Of a stretch of DNA of 64,000 nt, positions 25,932 through 38,656 are shown in pieces. Each line of letters opens with the position of its first letter. The stretch's first letter is position 1. Below the pieces are notes generated by a model, which ran no database searches, was not told the origin of the DNA, and saw nothing but the letters and a program-made list of their open reading frames with translations. This DNA is from Octopus vulgaris (Eukaryota), in NCBI GenBank assembly GCA_951406725.2, contig OX597821.1, forward strand, positions 7,440,001 through 7,504,000. Reading direction: 5' to 3'. Position numbers and translations under genes: made by a program.

Positions 25932-26860
25932 TGAGGTGCATTCAAAAAGTATCCACTTTTATTTTACCCACCAAAATTAATACCTCATGGATAAAATCTT
26001 TTGGATGGGAGGTGACACCACCCTTCCTGCACATGCATGAAACTTTTTGTGCTGGTAGGCCACATTAGTTCCTGGCTGTTACACCTAGAATCCAGACGTG
26101 CAGGGCATGCTCATCAGATTTTCATTTTCACAAAAGGGGACTGAATGCATTGAGCAGAGATATTGCATCAAGTTTTGCCAAAATCCTGGTGAGATTCAAG
26201 CTCAAAACACCCAGAAGTTCCAACAGACCTTTGATGAAAATGCCATGGGCAAAACCCTGATCAAGAGGTGGTAGATCCACTTGAAAAATGGCTGCACCTC
26301 AGTGGAGAGCGAAACATGCTCAGGCAGGCCATCCACATACTGAAATGAGGAGCCAATTGAGAAGGTTCTGTGAATAGTCATGGAAGACCATCATGTAACA
26401 ATCTAGGAAATTGCTCACGAAATGGGAATGAGCACAGGATGAGCTGATTCCATTGTAATGGAGGGTTTGTGCATCTGGGGAGTAGCAGCAAAAAAATAAA
26501 GTTCGATACTTTTTGAACACACTCTGTGACCCAACTTCTCTGGTCAAGAACAACAACATATCGCATGTTTGACAGGCTCCCTGCTCTCCCAACTTGGTAC
26601 CGTGCAACTTCTGGTTCCTCTCCAAACTGAAAACCATGTTGAAAGGGAAGCAATTTGAGTTGTGAGAGGAAACGACGAGAAAAGAAACTGTAGAGCATCA
26701 TAACATTTCAGAGTAGGTGTCCTCTAAGTGTTACCAGCAGTGACAGAACCACCGGGAGGCATGTGTGAACCCTCAAGGGCATTATCTTGAAGGTGAACAA
26801 AATAAAAATTTGTGATATGTGCAAAATTTAAAAAGTCCAATACTTTTTGAACACACCTCA
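25932..26860 (+). mobile_element. Decayed, internally deleted mariner transposon
   Basis: TIRs TGAGGTGCATTCAAAAAGTATCCACTTTT / AAAAGTCCAATACTTTTTGAACACACCTCA; IEQRYCIKFC...RW*...SGRPST and QAPCSPNLVPCNFWF (YSPDLAP-like); sits in a (CATAA/CAT)-rich degenerate satellite. Confidence 0.9.
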
Positions 26861-28523
26861 TGCATCATAGTTACATCATAACTACATTATTATTATAATG
26901 TACCTAACTTCATAATTACATATATATATATACACGTCATAACTTCATAATTATTATATCATACCTTCATTGTAACTACATCATACTGTCATCACAGCTT
27001 CATAACTACCTCTTAACAGCATCATAACTATGTCATAATTACTGTCAGCTGCATCTTACAATAAAAACACCCCCACAGAATCTCATCCCTCACTATATGT
27101 AGTCTTTGATCTCATCCTTTCAACCCCTCAACACGTCTTTAGCAATGCCAACCAAGAAACTTCTGTTCCGTTTCAATACACTGGAATCTTGACTTGTTTT
27201 GTCAGCAATAACAAGACACAGATCTAACGTGTTTGGTACTGGTGAGGATAATAATGGTTAATATATTAACCAATATGTCTCAAAAGAAGCTGTCACATTT
27301 TGTGATCTGCTAATTCTGCCTGAGAATTGAATTAAAGGTATGCATGTCTTTGATGCCTGTGGAGTACTCAGCCATTTATGTATTAATTTTGAAGTTCAGT
27401 TTATTCAGCAACTGAATGCTTACCATCAAAAGTGTCAGAGGAACCATCAGATATGTTTAATCTACCAGCTTGGTTTTCTTTTGTGTGTGTTGTCTTTACT
27501 GCTCCCTTTCTCTTCAGTGAGAATTTTGAAACTGCTTAGTACCAAACTTGAGATTCCCATGACTCTCTCTGTCAATCCTGAGATTTCTGTGGATGTATGT
27601 CAACCCAAAGATTTTCATGGTTATCTACATCAGCCCAGAAATGCTCTCTGAACCTAGAAATCTCTCTGGCTCTCCACATCAATTGAGAGATTCTTGTGAC
27701 TATCTCTGCCAACTAGTATTGAAAAATAGATGTTGAATAAACAAACAGATACATGTTCTGATTACTTTTACAATCTGGTTGGTTCAACAACTGATGGAAG
27801 CATGACAAAACAGTGTAATGGTGTTTACATTCATGGTTGACATCATGTCCGATCACTCTGATCTCTCAAGGACTTGTCGAATATAGAGAGAAAGAAAACA
27901 ATCTCTTGAAAGACAGGTAAGTGTTGGTGACATCAAGAGCGTCTGGCCATAAAAACCCTACCTCAAATGTGTCCTTATGCAACCCATGCTAGTATTAAAA
28001 AACAGATGTTAAACAAATGAACAAACACCTACATGTTCTTTTTCACCTTTACCATCTGGTTAGTTCGACATTTTGATAGATATCCATCTGATTCACAATC
28101 TGTTAAAGAGAGAAACCAACAGAAAAATAACAACAATTCCCGGCTATTCTCTCTATATGTAGCTACCATCCCACTCTCTTCCCCCTCCCCCCCAAGCACT
28201 ATTTTGGATTGGGTTGGTTATTTTTTTTGTTAAATACACTTTATATCTTTATTAATACTTTTAGTTTTATCAGACCTCATTCAATACGGCAACTAAAATT
28301 ACCTATTTGTCTGCAAGTTCCACGCTTCTGTTGTTGTTGTTGTTGGTGGTGGTGGTAGTGGTGTAGCAGCAGCAGCAGTAGTAGTAGTAGTAGATAAAAT
28401 AAAAATTATTTTTTCCTGTCTGGTGGCTATATTGGTAAATAGTAACCATTATCCAAATTGGTTCACAATGGAACATTCTTACTAGTTAACTCTAATTGAC
28501 AAGCCTGATTTATTATTTGCGTA

Positions 28524-28579
<56 letters not shown>

Positions 28580-29290
28580 GTATATATGTGTTTGCATGTT
28601 CATGTGTGTGTGTGTGTGCATATATATATATATATATATAAAAATGTTTATATATTATTTATTGTTCCTTGTTAGTTTCAATCAATCACTCAAGTCAATC
28701 AATCGATACAGAGCAGTAATGAGTGAGCCGGTTGTTTTGTGGATAAACCTGTAGAACCAGACCAAAGTTAAACTAAATCTGTCCGCATGGCTGACATGAA
28801 AGAATCAATCTCTAATGAAAATCCAACTGCTTCAGACCAAAGTAATATCACTTTGATTTTCTGAAGAGTTCATTGATATCTAACACCATTCCAGAGTTTG
28901 TATAATGCTACTCTTTTACTCTTTCATAACTGGTTTAGCATGTTGTGCTGTGACCACACTGAAGTACCCACATGATAGGGGGGTTTTTGTGGGTTTTTTT
29001 TTTTTTTTTGTTTAGTTAATCAAATTTACCTCAGTACTTAATTTTATGTTTTTCCAGAGTTTGTGGAATACTACTCTTTTACTCTTTTATAACTGGCATA
29101 ACTTGATGGGCTGCAGCCAATGAATAGTTTTTTTTTTCCATGGCAGTCAAATTAATCCCACTGCTTTTTTTATTTTTTTAATCTTATATTCATTCTGTCT
29201 AGCTCTGTTTTGCTGAACTGCTAAGTTATGAGAACTTTAAACAAAAAAAAAAAGCTAAGTCAAGTACAGCATACGTATCATCATTGTTAT

Positions 29291-29490
29291 CCATGCTTGT
29301 ATTGGTCAGATGGAATTGGACTATGCTTGTATTGGTCAGATGGAATTTGGCCATGCTTGTATTGGTCAGATGGAATTGGGCCATGCTTGTATTGGTCAGA
29401 TGGAATTGGACTATGCTTGTATTGGTCAGATGGAATTGGTCTATGCTTCTATTGGTCAGATGGAATTTGGCCATGCTTTATTGGTCAGAT
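29291..29490. repeat. 30-bp minisatellite, about 6.5 units
   Basis: Unit CCATGCTTGTATTGGTCAGATGGAATTGGA/TTTGG, head-to-tail, no spacers. Confidence 0.95.
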
Positions 29491-30255
29491 AGAGTTCATT
29501 GTAGCAGATTTTCTACAGTCAGATGCCCTTACTGTCACCAATCCTTCAACCACTGGCTCAGGAATGAAATTTGTTTAGGGGCTTCAAACCCAAGTCCAAA
29601 ATTTTTGCAAACAAAATTGTTATTTTATATATTTTTTCTCTGTTCTTTGAGAAGAAACTGAACTTCTAGCAACTTTTTACAAACCACTTTTGAAGCAGTA
29701 TTTTCTAAACCTAAGAAAAATAAGTAGGGGTACAAATTTTGATTTTTCATCCCCAAAACATTTCAGGCGATGCACTTGCATCCCGTGTTCCCAGGCCCAT
29801 GCTCACAACATTAGACATATCTCCAAAGATTGGAAACAAAGGAGATCACTCACATGACAGTGACACTAGCTTACAACTATCATGCAATGTCAAAGAAAGG
29901 AGAGAGCAACGCCATTCTGTCAACAAATACAGGAGGACATATGGATTCTTAGACAGCTGTGTGTGTGTGTCCTGCTACAGTATATTGGATAACCAACAAG
30001 GTAGAGGAGTCCTAGATCAAAGGCTTGAAGATTATTGTGGCCAAGTGGAAGATCTGTACCTTCAGACAACAGTTGGGTGTTATCTAGCAAGTGAGCTGCT
30101 ACTGCAGAGCAGTCTCATCATTGACCATGTTCATTGTGCTCTTGTGCACCACTTGGTACCTACCATGGAGGCCCAGAGTACCTCCCATGGAGGCCTGGCA
30201 GGAGAATGGCACCAACTGCCTTACTCACCATCCAAAGTGTTTTGTTCATCTGAAC

Positions 30256-30607
30256 CAGTCATTCTCAATCAATGTCCATGTGGCCCTTGAAGGTTCATTG
30301 TAAAATATTTGGGTGTCCATGCAACAAAATAGTAAACTGGGGATCCACAAAAGTATTTTAAGGGTCCCTGAAAAAGTTTTGCTTTAGATGTATGTATTGG
30401 TATGTATAGCAAGAAGCAGTTGGGTTTCTTTCTCTAACATTTTACAGAATTCAACCTACACAAGTTAATGTGTAAAAAACAAAATAGGGGTTTTGAAAGT
30501 AATTTCTATGAAACTAGTTTTTAGACATTGAATAGCTATGGGGATCCACCAGAATAAAATAGTAATCAAAGGGGTCATAGATTAAAAAAAAATGATTGAG
30601 AACCCTG
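30256..30607. mobile_element. hAT (Charlie-like) MITE
   Basis: CAGTCATTCTCAATCA / TGATTGAGAACCCTG; perfect 8-bp TSD ATCTGAAC. Confidence 0.9.
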
Positions 30608-30699
30608 ATCTGAACAGAACAGTTAACATCAACCTATGACAGGCAGCCACCACATACATACACACCCATGCACATATGTGCATGTGAATAATTTTGTAA

Positions 30700-30860
30700 G
30701 GCATGGGAGTGGCTGTGTGGTAAGTAGCTTGCTTACGAACCACATGGTTCGGGTTCAGTACCACTGCGTGGCACCTTAGGCAAGTGTCTTTTACTATAGC
30801 CTTGGGCCAACCAAAGCCTTGGGAGTGGATTTGGTAGACAGAAACTGAAAGCAGCCCATC

Positions 30861-30908
<48 letters not shown>

Positions 30909-31506
30909 TAGCAGTATCGCCCGGCGTTGCTCGGGTTTGTAAGGGAAATAACTATACAGCATTTTTAGAGAGTTATAGCCAAAAAATGGGAAAAAAATGA
31001 TGGTAAATTTTTTTTGAGAGTTAAAAAGGTCGAGTTGCGTCCCCTAGACAGTCTGTGGTTTGTGTTTCTGATTGTCGACCCCCATGTCGAATTTATCAAT
31101 TTTTTTTTCAGAACTGGGGGAACTTTTCAAAATTTTCGCTGCGTTAGTTTTGAATTATGACATTGAGCTATGTGTGTGTCAAGTTTCATCAGAATCGGTT
31201 GAAAGCCGTGGTCAGGGTGAGGGTACAACCTAACAGACACACAGACACGCAGACAGACAAACTGCCGTTTATATAGAGAGAGATATATATATGTATGCAT
31301 GTGTGTCTATGTTTGTCCCCCCTAACATTGCTTGACAACCGATGCTGGTGTGTTTTCGTCCCCGTAACTTAGTGGTTCGGTGAAAGAGACCGATAGAATA
31401 AGTACTAGGCTTACAAAGAATAAGTCCTTGGATCGATTTGCTCGACTAAAGGCGGTGCTCCAGCATGGCCACAGTCAAATGACTGAAACAAGTAAAAGAG
31501 TAAGAG
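30700..31506 (+). mobile_element. SINE family A interrupted by a Helitron
   Basis: Head 30700-30862 and tail 31300-31506 match family A. Confidence 0.85.
30908..31283 (-). mobile_element. Non-autonomous Helitron inserted in the SINE A (TA)n tract
   Basis: Minus strand A|TCTCTC...CCCGAGCAACGCCGGG hairpin...CTAG|T; CpG-rich, so probably young. Confidence 0.85.
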
Positions 31507-33384
31507 TATATTCAAGATTCATTCTTTCAATTCATTCATTTCACATAGATATTGATCTCTAAGAACCCTGACTAATTTCAAATTAATTGTGGAGCCCTGC
31601 TCTCAGTGAGTAAATGCTTCAGTTTCTCTAATTAAGCTCTTACCTTGTTAAGTTAATGTGTATCTGGTTACTATAAATAAACTCATGCAGATACATGTAT
31701 GAATGAATGTGTGTGCATATATATATATATATATATATTTAGTCAGCCTCATAGCTATAGAGGTGTGTGTGGTGTGCATTCATGCACATATGCACACACA
31801 CCCACACACTCTTTTTGAAAGTTTGGGGAAGTAGAAAAATGTTATATATATAAGTGTGTGTGTGTAAACATCAAATTAAAATTTCTATTTTTTATGAACT
31901 TCCTTTCAAAAACTTACTGTTACTAATACTACTACTACAACAACTACCACCACCATTACTACTGCCACAGCTACAATATTTAGCAGTGGTGGTGGTGTTG
32001 TTGTTGTTGTTGAGGCAAACAGGTCATTTCCAGTTTTATGATTTCATGATAATGAAAGAGCTGACTGTTTTAAGGGCACTTCATTTAGCAACTGGGGAAT
32101 CAACACAAACTTCTTTACGTAATTTTCTAACAAGGGACATTATTTTGTTTATGCACACACACATACATTTACGTTTGTGGTGGGAGGGGGTAAACCTTGC
32201 TCTGTGTGTGCTTGACTGCATTTGTGAATGTGCGTAAGGGGGGAAGGACCGTTATGTACAGTTACATAGTAATGAGCTTCTTTAAGAAGGAAATAGTTTC
32301 TTATCCAAGAGAAGAGCATTAAATCAATATGTCAGAAATCATCATCACTGTCATTATTGTTATTATTATTATTATTGTTATTGTTGTTGTTGTTGCTATT
32401 TACCCATAAGAAAATGATTTTTAACCAGTATGTATGACGATGCAGAGTGCACTAATTAGGGGTGCTCAATTTGACAGCATCAATTAAATGTCATGTATTG
32501 CCATGTAGGTATGTTTGCCCACCCCCACACACAGAGATTCATTCACATATACATACATACAAGCGTATACATATACATACCAATGTGTGAGCCTCAACAT
32601 GGATTAGTCAACCTACTTGAAATAACAGCCAAATCTCCCTCAAATCATTCTTTACTATTTTTTTCACAAAAGAGGAAAGACAAATTGGATAATGTTGTTT
32701 AGATACTCTATGTAAAACGACAAAAAATTTTGAGAATGATGGGATGGTCATATCTGGAATGCTTTAATCATAGACCTCTTCACTCAAGGTTCGTCTGGGA
32801 CCAAGCAACACAGATGAATACCCCTTTGTGACCTTTAGCATGGTGAGCAGACTTGGTAAAAATAACAACCAAATCTCCCTCAAATTACAAAAGGACATGC
32901 AAAAACAAAAGGACACATTGGGTAATGTATACTTGGGAGGGAAGAAAAAGACAGGTTGGTCGAGGATGGAATGTCTTTGTTGGTTTTAGTTATAGATCTG
33001 CTCAGTTTAGTTACAGTTCTGACTTGCCGGTTAGCAACAATGAAATGAATGGAACATTAGCAACATTGATCAAATGAATGGAGCATTGACTTGGCTGCCC
33101 TGTTCAGCTCTAAAGTAACCAGAAGTTTGGTTTGCTTAGGGTTAAAATAGAAGATACCTGCTTAAAATCTATGATGCAGTAGCACCAGAGGCCATACGTT
33201 GAGAAATGTATGAGGCTGCATCTCTTGCACTGAATTTAACATTTAATGCATCCAAACCTTTCTTCATTAATCAATCATCAATACTGTTCATAGATGACAA
33301 ATTTTTGATATCTTCGTTATCTGTTATTGATTTCAGCCAGAAGCTGTGGTCATGCTGGAGGTTCATAATAAATCATTGACTTAA

Positions 33385-33786
33385 GCACAGGTGTGACTGT
33401 GTGGTCAGATGTTTGCTTCCCGATCACATGGTACCAGGTTCAGTCTTACTGCGTGGTACCTTGGGCATGTGTCTGCTTCTATAGCTTTGGGCCAACCAAT
33501 GCGTTGTGAGTAGATTTGGTAGAGAAACTGAAAGAAGCTTGTCGTATATGTGTGCGTGAGGGCACACCTGTGTTTGTGTTTGTTCCTCACCAGCACTTGA
33601 CAACTGGTGTTGGTGTGTTTATATCCCTGTAACTTAGCGGTTCAACTAAAGGAACCAATATAATAAGTATGAGTCTTCAAACAAAAAAAATAAGTACTGG
33701 AAATGATTCGTTCAACTGAAACTCTTCAATACAGTACCCCAGCATGGCCACAGTGGAATAATTGAAATGCGTAGAAGTTAAAAGAT
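33385..33786 (+). mobile_element. SINE family A, older copy
   Basis: Colinear but diverged. Confidence 0.8.
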
Positions 33787-34576
33787 ACTTGATTGTTATT
33801 GTTCTTTATGTCTGGTTCAACCCTGATTGAATAGACTTATGATCAAAGGCATTCCAGCCATGGCCTTCTTGTTGACTTTTAGTAATTGATCCAACTCTCT
33901 ATACTCTGTATTCTGAGTTCAAATCCCACTGAGGTCACCACTGAGGTCTCTCCTTCCCTCTGGCCAAATGAACAGGACTTAAAATGTTAATTCAAAAACA
34001 GAGAATTCTCTATGCAGAATTGGTAAACAAAGTAGTATTATATGCTGAAGATTTGATACCTTCTCCTGCTTCTTGTAGAATCCATATTCCCATATTGACT
34101 GTGAAAGGTGTCTGTATGTATACATGTGTGTATCATTCTATGACACTACTAAGCTGGTTTCTGTAGCAAGGTTCAGTATCACTCCGGTCGTTTCAGTGAA
34201 TTCTTACTTTCTCTCTGTGAATGGTTTCAGCCTACAAAAGAATATATTCCAATATCATTATTCATTCTGTAATGTTACAATGTTTAATGGTTTATTCAGA
34301 CATTTTTTTTTTTTTCTCTGCAATATTTCTAAACAAATTTTTTTGTAAGAAAAGTTGCCGTTTCTGTTTATGAAAATCTTTAATATTCTGTAATTATTAT
34401 CGGTTGTTTTTTTTATATATATTTTTGTTTATTTCAGTTTAATGAAAATCTAGGCTGATAGTTTCTTGGCATTAACACAAATTCACAGTTAAAAACACAC
34501 ACACATAACTATATATATAAATCAACATAATTATATAAACATGTGCTATGTATATATGTGGGTGTATATGCACACA

Positions 34577-34772
34577 CTTTACACTTTTACTGCAGCCATG
34601 CTGGAGCACCACCTTTAATCAAGCAAATTGACCCCAGGACTTATTCTTCGTAAGCCTTGTACTTATTCTATCGGTCTCTTTTGCCGAACTGCTAGGTTAT
34701 GGAGATGCAAACACACCACCATCGGTTGTCAAGCGATGTTGGGGGGACAGACACACAAACACATACATATAC

Positions 34773-34820
<48 letters not shown>

Positions 34821-34995
34821 TAACATATATATGACAGGCTTCTTTCAGTTTCCGTCTACCAAATCCACTCACAAGGATTTGGTCAGCCTGAGGCTATAGT
34901 AGAAGGCACTTGCCTAAGGTGCCACGCAGTGGGACTGAACCCAGAACTATGTGGTTGGTAAGCAAGCTACTTACCACACAGCCACTCCTGCGCCT
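34577..34995 (-). mobile_element. SINE family A
   Basis: Colinear with young copies. Confidence 0.85.
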
Positions 34996-35249
34996 ATTAC
35001 ATATTATATGTATGTATGCTTTATCTTTTACTTGTTTCAGTCATTAGACTGCGGTCATGCTAGGGCCACCACATTGAAGAACTTTTAGTCAAAAAAATCT
35101 GCCCCAGAACTTTTTCTTTAAATTCCATGTACTAATTCATTTGCCGAACTGCTATGGTAAGGGGATGTAAACACACCAACACTGGTTGTCAAGTGGTGGT
35201 AGATAAATACTGACACAAACATGCACACACATACTTACAGGCATATATA

Positions 35250-35815
35250 TCATCATTTAATATCCGTTGTCCATACTGGCATGGGTTGGATGGTTTGACC
35301 AGGGCTGGTAAACTGTGGGGCTGCACCAGACTCTAGTCTGATTTAGCATGGTTTCTATGGCAGGATGCCCCTAATTCCAAACACTCAGAGAGTGTAATGG
35401 GTTCTTTCATGACACCAGTATCTGCCACGACAATGATTTCACTTGGCAGGATGTGTCTTCTCAAGCACGGCGTATTGCCAAGGGTCTCAGTCATTAGTCA
35501 TTGCCTCCATGACGCCCAATGCTTGAATTGTGCTTTTTATGTGCCACTGGTACAGGTGCCAGTTATGTGATACCAGCATTGGCCACAACTGATTTCACTC
35601 TGCTTGACGGGTCGTCTCAAGCACAGCATATCGCTAAAGGTCTCAGTCACCAGTCATTTCCTTTGTCAGGCCCAACATTCAAAGATCATGCTTTACCACC
35701 TTGTCCCATGTCTTCCTGGGTCTACCTGTACCACAGGTTCCCTCTACAGTTAGAGATCGGCACTTCTTTGCACAACTGTCCTCATCCATATGCATCACAT
35801 GATCATACCAGCACA
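35250..35815 (-). pseudogene. 3' end of RTE-clade LINE
   Basis: CWYDHVMHMDEDSCAKKCRSLTVEGTCGTGRPRKTWDKVVKHDL (RWxGHV...GRPxxxW motif); 3' UTR with (GAT)n tail; UTR-only copies near 14240, 24950, 41742, 45581 and 48120. Confidence 0.85.
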
Positions 35816-36239
35816 CGTGTGTGTGTGTGTGATCATCATTTAATGTCTGTGTTTCATGCTGGCATGGGTTGGATGGTTTGACAAGATCTGAAATGTCAAA
35901 GGTCTTTCCTAATGCCAATCACTTTATACCTTGGACTGCATGCTTTTTTCTGGGTCACCTGCATGATTGAGGTCACCATACAGCTCACAGAGCTACAAAC
36001 CCAAGGGGCTGGGGTGCAATGTAGTTATATAAACCTACATATGTATATATGTGTATCATCATCATCATGTGTGTGTGTTTATAGATATGTATGTATGTTA
36101 TATTGATATTAAGAAGGGTAATCAGCCACAGATACCATACCAAAGCTCATACTGGAGCTTCGCACAGCCCTGCAGCTTTCCAGAACCTGTCAATCTGAGA
36201 ACAGTGCATGTACCTACATCAATTGCTGGGGGATGGGGG

Positions 36240-36690
36240 GTAGTGCTGTCCTGGGTCAAGGATGACTCTGTACCATGCCACACAAGCAAGAGAACCTAGT
36301 CATGGCTGTCTGGCAATTTCTGAAACTACATCACCCCTAATATCTGGCCACCTAACTCCCCAGACTGCCATCCCCTTGATTATTATTTATTTGTGGAGCG
36401 CAGTTGAGCAAAGGACCAACAAAATTCCTTGTAACACCAAATTTGAACTGAAGGCAAGGATTAAGGCAGCATTCACTAACTTAAACACACACCATCCAGA
36501 AGAGTTGCAGGAGATTCTAAAGCCATCTGGAGGCTGTGGTTGAAGCTAATGGCGATTTTATCGAATAAATTTACTCTTTAGTATTTCAAGATATTTTTAT
36601 GTAATTTTGGTCAATATATCTATTAAAATGAGATGTCAGAGTTATTTTCATTTTTGCGTAATTTAGACAACAATTTATTCACCATACCTT
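36240..36690 (+). pseudogene. 3' half of DD37D (maT-type) transposon
   Basis: DSVPCHTSKRT*SWLSGNF*NYITPNIWPPNSPDCHPLDY with 37 residues between D and D; ends ...EANGDFIE*; terminus ...CCTTG|TA. Confidence 0.85.
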
Positions 36691-36771
36691 GTATATATAT
36701 ATGTGTGTGTCTGTGTGTATATATATACTTATGTGTGTGTGTGTGTGTTATATATGTGGTGTGTGTGTGTG

Positions 36772-36814
<43 letters not shown>

Positions 36815-37298
36815 ATGCATGTCTACACACACACATAGAAATGATGAATAGCTTTCATCAAATGGCATTAGTTATATAAAACTTTCAACAGGAAGTTATT
36901 ATTTTTGTTTTGTTTTGTTCTTGTTTTTGTAATGAAATGATATAAATAAAAACTAAGAATATTTATCTGTATGTCTTCTGCCATTCCTTGCTGTATTTAT
37001 TATTCCACTCAATATTAGGTTATTTAAAGGAGCACTTAACTAGTCCCTCGTAACGGTGATGATTCACATTGCTAACTCTACTATTAAAAGTTTCCATAGC
37101 AATAATATTCTCCACCAATCAAAATATATTTACTTCAGAATTTTTTTTTTCTTCAATGTCATTTGAAAGAAAAAGGAAACCAGAAAGATAATATTTAAAA
37201 TTGATTTTAAAAACTCATTAAAAAATTTCTGTTTGGAATTGTATTTAACCCTTTCCTTACTGTCTACCTTATTTCTCTTCAAATATACTGTCCTTTGT

Positions 37299-38170
37299 GA
37301 AGGCACCTGGCTTAGTGCTTAGGGTATTCAGCTCACAATCGTAAGGTTATGAGTTCAATTTCCAGTGGCATGTGTTCTTGAACAAGACACTTTATTTCAT
37401 GTTGCTCCAGTCCACTCAAGTGGCAAAATTTTATCGTACCAGTCTTGCCACATTCTGTGTCACACTGAATCTTCCTGAGAACTACAAGGGTGAGTCAAAA
37501 AGTAATGCCATTTTGTTTAGGACAGGTATAATTACCAACACAGGAACATGTATCACACATCAAAATGAAGCTGGTTCTCTGTGGATCACATCCCTACTTC
37601 TCAACTTAATCACCATTTCTTTCAATAGCAATGTTTCACCTTTGAATGAGAGCGTCTATCCCTGCCCCGTAAAATTCTGTTGACTGTTCTTTGAGCCACT
37701 TCTTCACTACAGTTTTCACTTCCTTGTCACTGGAATAATTTAGCGCCTTCAGACTATCATCTCTTCGGCCCCATGAAAGAGGGTTTGAGAGGCAAACATT
37801 ATTCTAGTGACGAGGAAGTGAAAACTGTAGTGAAGAAGTGGCTCAAAGAACAGTCAACAGAATTTTACGGGGCAGGGATACATGCTCTCATTCGAAGGTG
37901 GAACATTGCTATTGAGAGAAATGGTGACTATGTTGAGAAGTAGGGATGTGATCCACAGAGGACCAGCTTCATTTTGATGTATGATATATGTTCCTGTGTT
38001 GGTAATTGTATCTGTCCTAAACAAAATGGCATTACTTTTTGACTCACCTTCGACCATTAAGAGTACATGTGTCTGTGGAGTGCTCAGCCACTTGCTCCTT
38101 AATTTCCCAAGTAGGCTGTTATGTTGACTGGATCAACTGGAACTCATTGCTGGAACCAACAGAGTGCCAA
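37299..38170 (+). mobile_element. SINE family C (tRNA head, CORE-like), interrupted
   Basis: Matches 44988-45305 and 51248-51541; TSD TATACTG(T)CCTTTGT at 37284-37298 and 38172-38185. Confidence 0.85.
37485..38052. mobile_element. Foldback mariner derivative made of two inverted 3' ends
   Basis: ~255-bp inverted arms; 37740-37943 reads LAPSDYHLFGPMKEGLRGKHYSSDEEVKTVVKKWLKEQSTEFYGAGIHALIRRWNIAIERNGDYVEK*. Confidence 0.9.
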
Positions 38171-38656
38171 TTATACTGCCTTTGTTCCAATTAATTTTTA
38201 AAATAATGAAAAATTTGGTTAAGTAACTTTGCTGTTATTATGCTGGTGTTTGGAATGTAAAATTAGCATGAAAGTTTTTCATGGAAAGGTTTTATTTTGG
38301 AACAGTTTAAAACCAGTGGGTTGTATCAGAGAACCAAGGGTAGTTTCAGGCTGGTTGATATTAAAAGGGTTAGTAAAAAAACAAAAATATAGTTTTTTTA
38401 TTCCCATTCTTCATCATCATCAGCTCGAGATGAAGATGGGTAAGAAGGTCCTCTCAAAATTTAGAGAATTGAGCTTTTATATTTGAATCCCCATAACTTA
38501 GCAGTTTGGCAGAAAAAACTGACAGAATGAGTACCAGACTTCAAGAAGTAAATATGGGGGTTTATTTCTTTTAAAAACCCTTCATGGCAGTACCCCAGCA
38601 TGGCCACAGTCCACTAATTGAAACAAAAGATAAATATTCTAGGGATGGTTCTAGGG

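Larger units (their letters stand above)
37249..38369. mobile_element. piggyBac-like MITE hosting a SINE C and a mariner foldback
   Basis: TTAA|CCCTTT ... AAAGGG|TTAG; related sequence near 130-630 and 62280-62550. Confidence 0.55.

Noticed and set aside
29291-29490. CRISPR-like 30-bp repeats
   Set aside because: No spacers, no cas genes, eukaryotic context
30226-30260. 21-nt minus-strand microexon with a strong GTGAGT donor next to a MITE
   Set aside because: Expected by chance in 64 kb; no supporting neighbouring exons
29739-30290. 183-aa ORF
   Set aside because: Spans several repeat fragments, starts at TTG and shows no recognisable motif
37090-37122. X-box-like GTTTCCATAGCAAT next to CCAATCA, a possible RFX/NF-Y promoter
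   Set aside because: Short motifs with no supported transcription start or downstream exon
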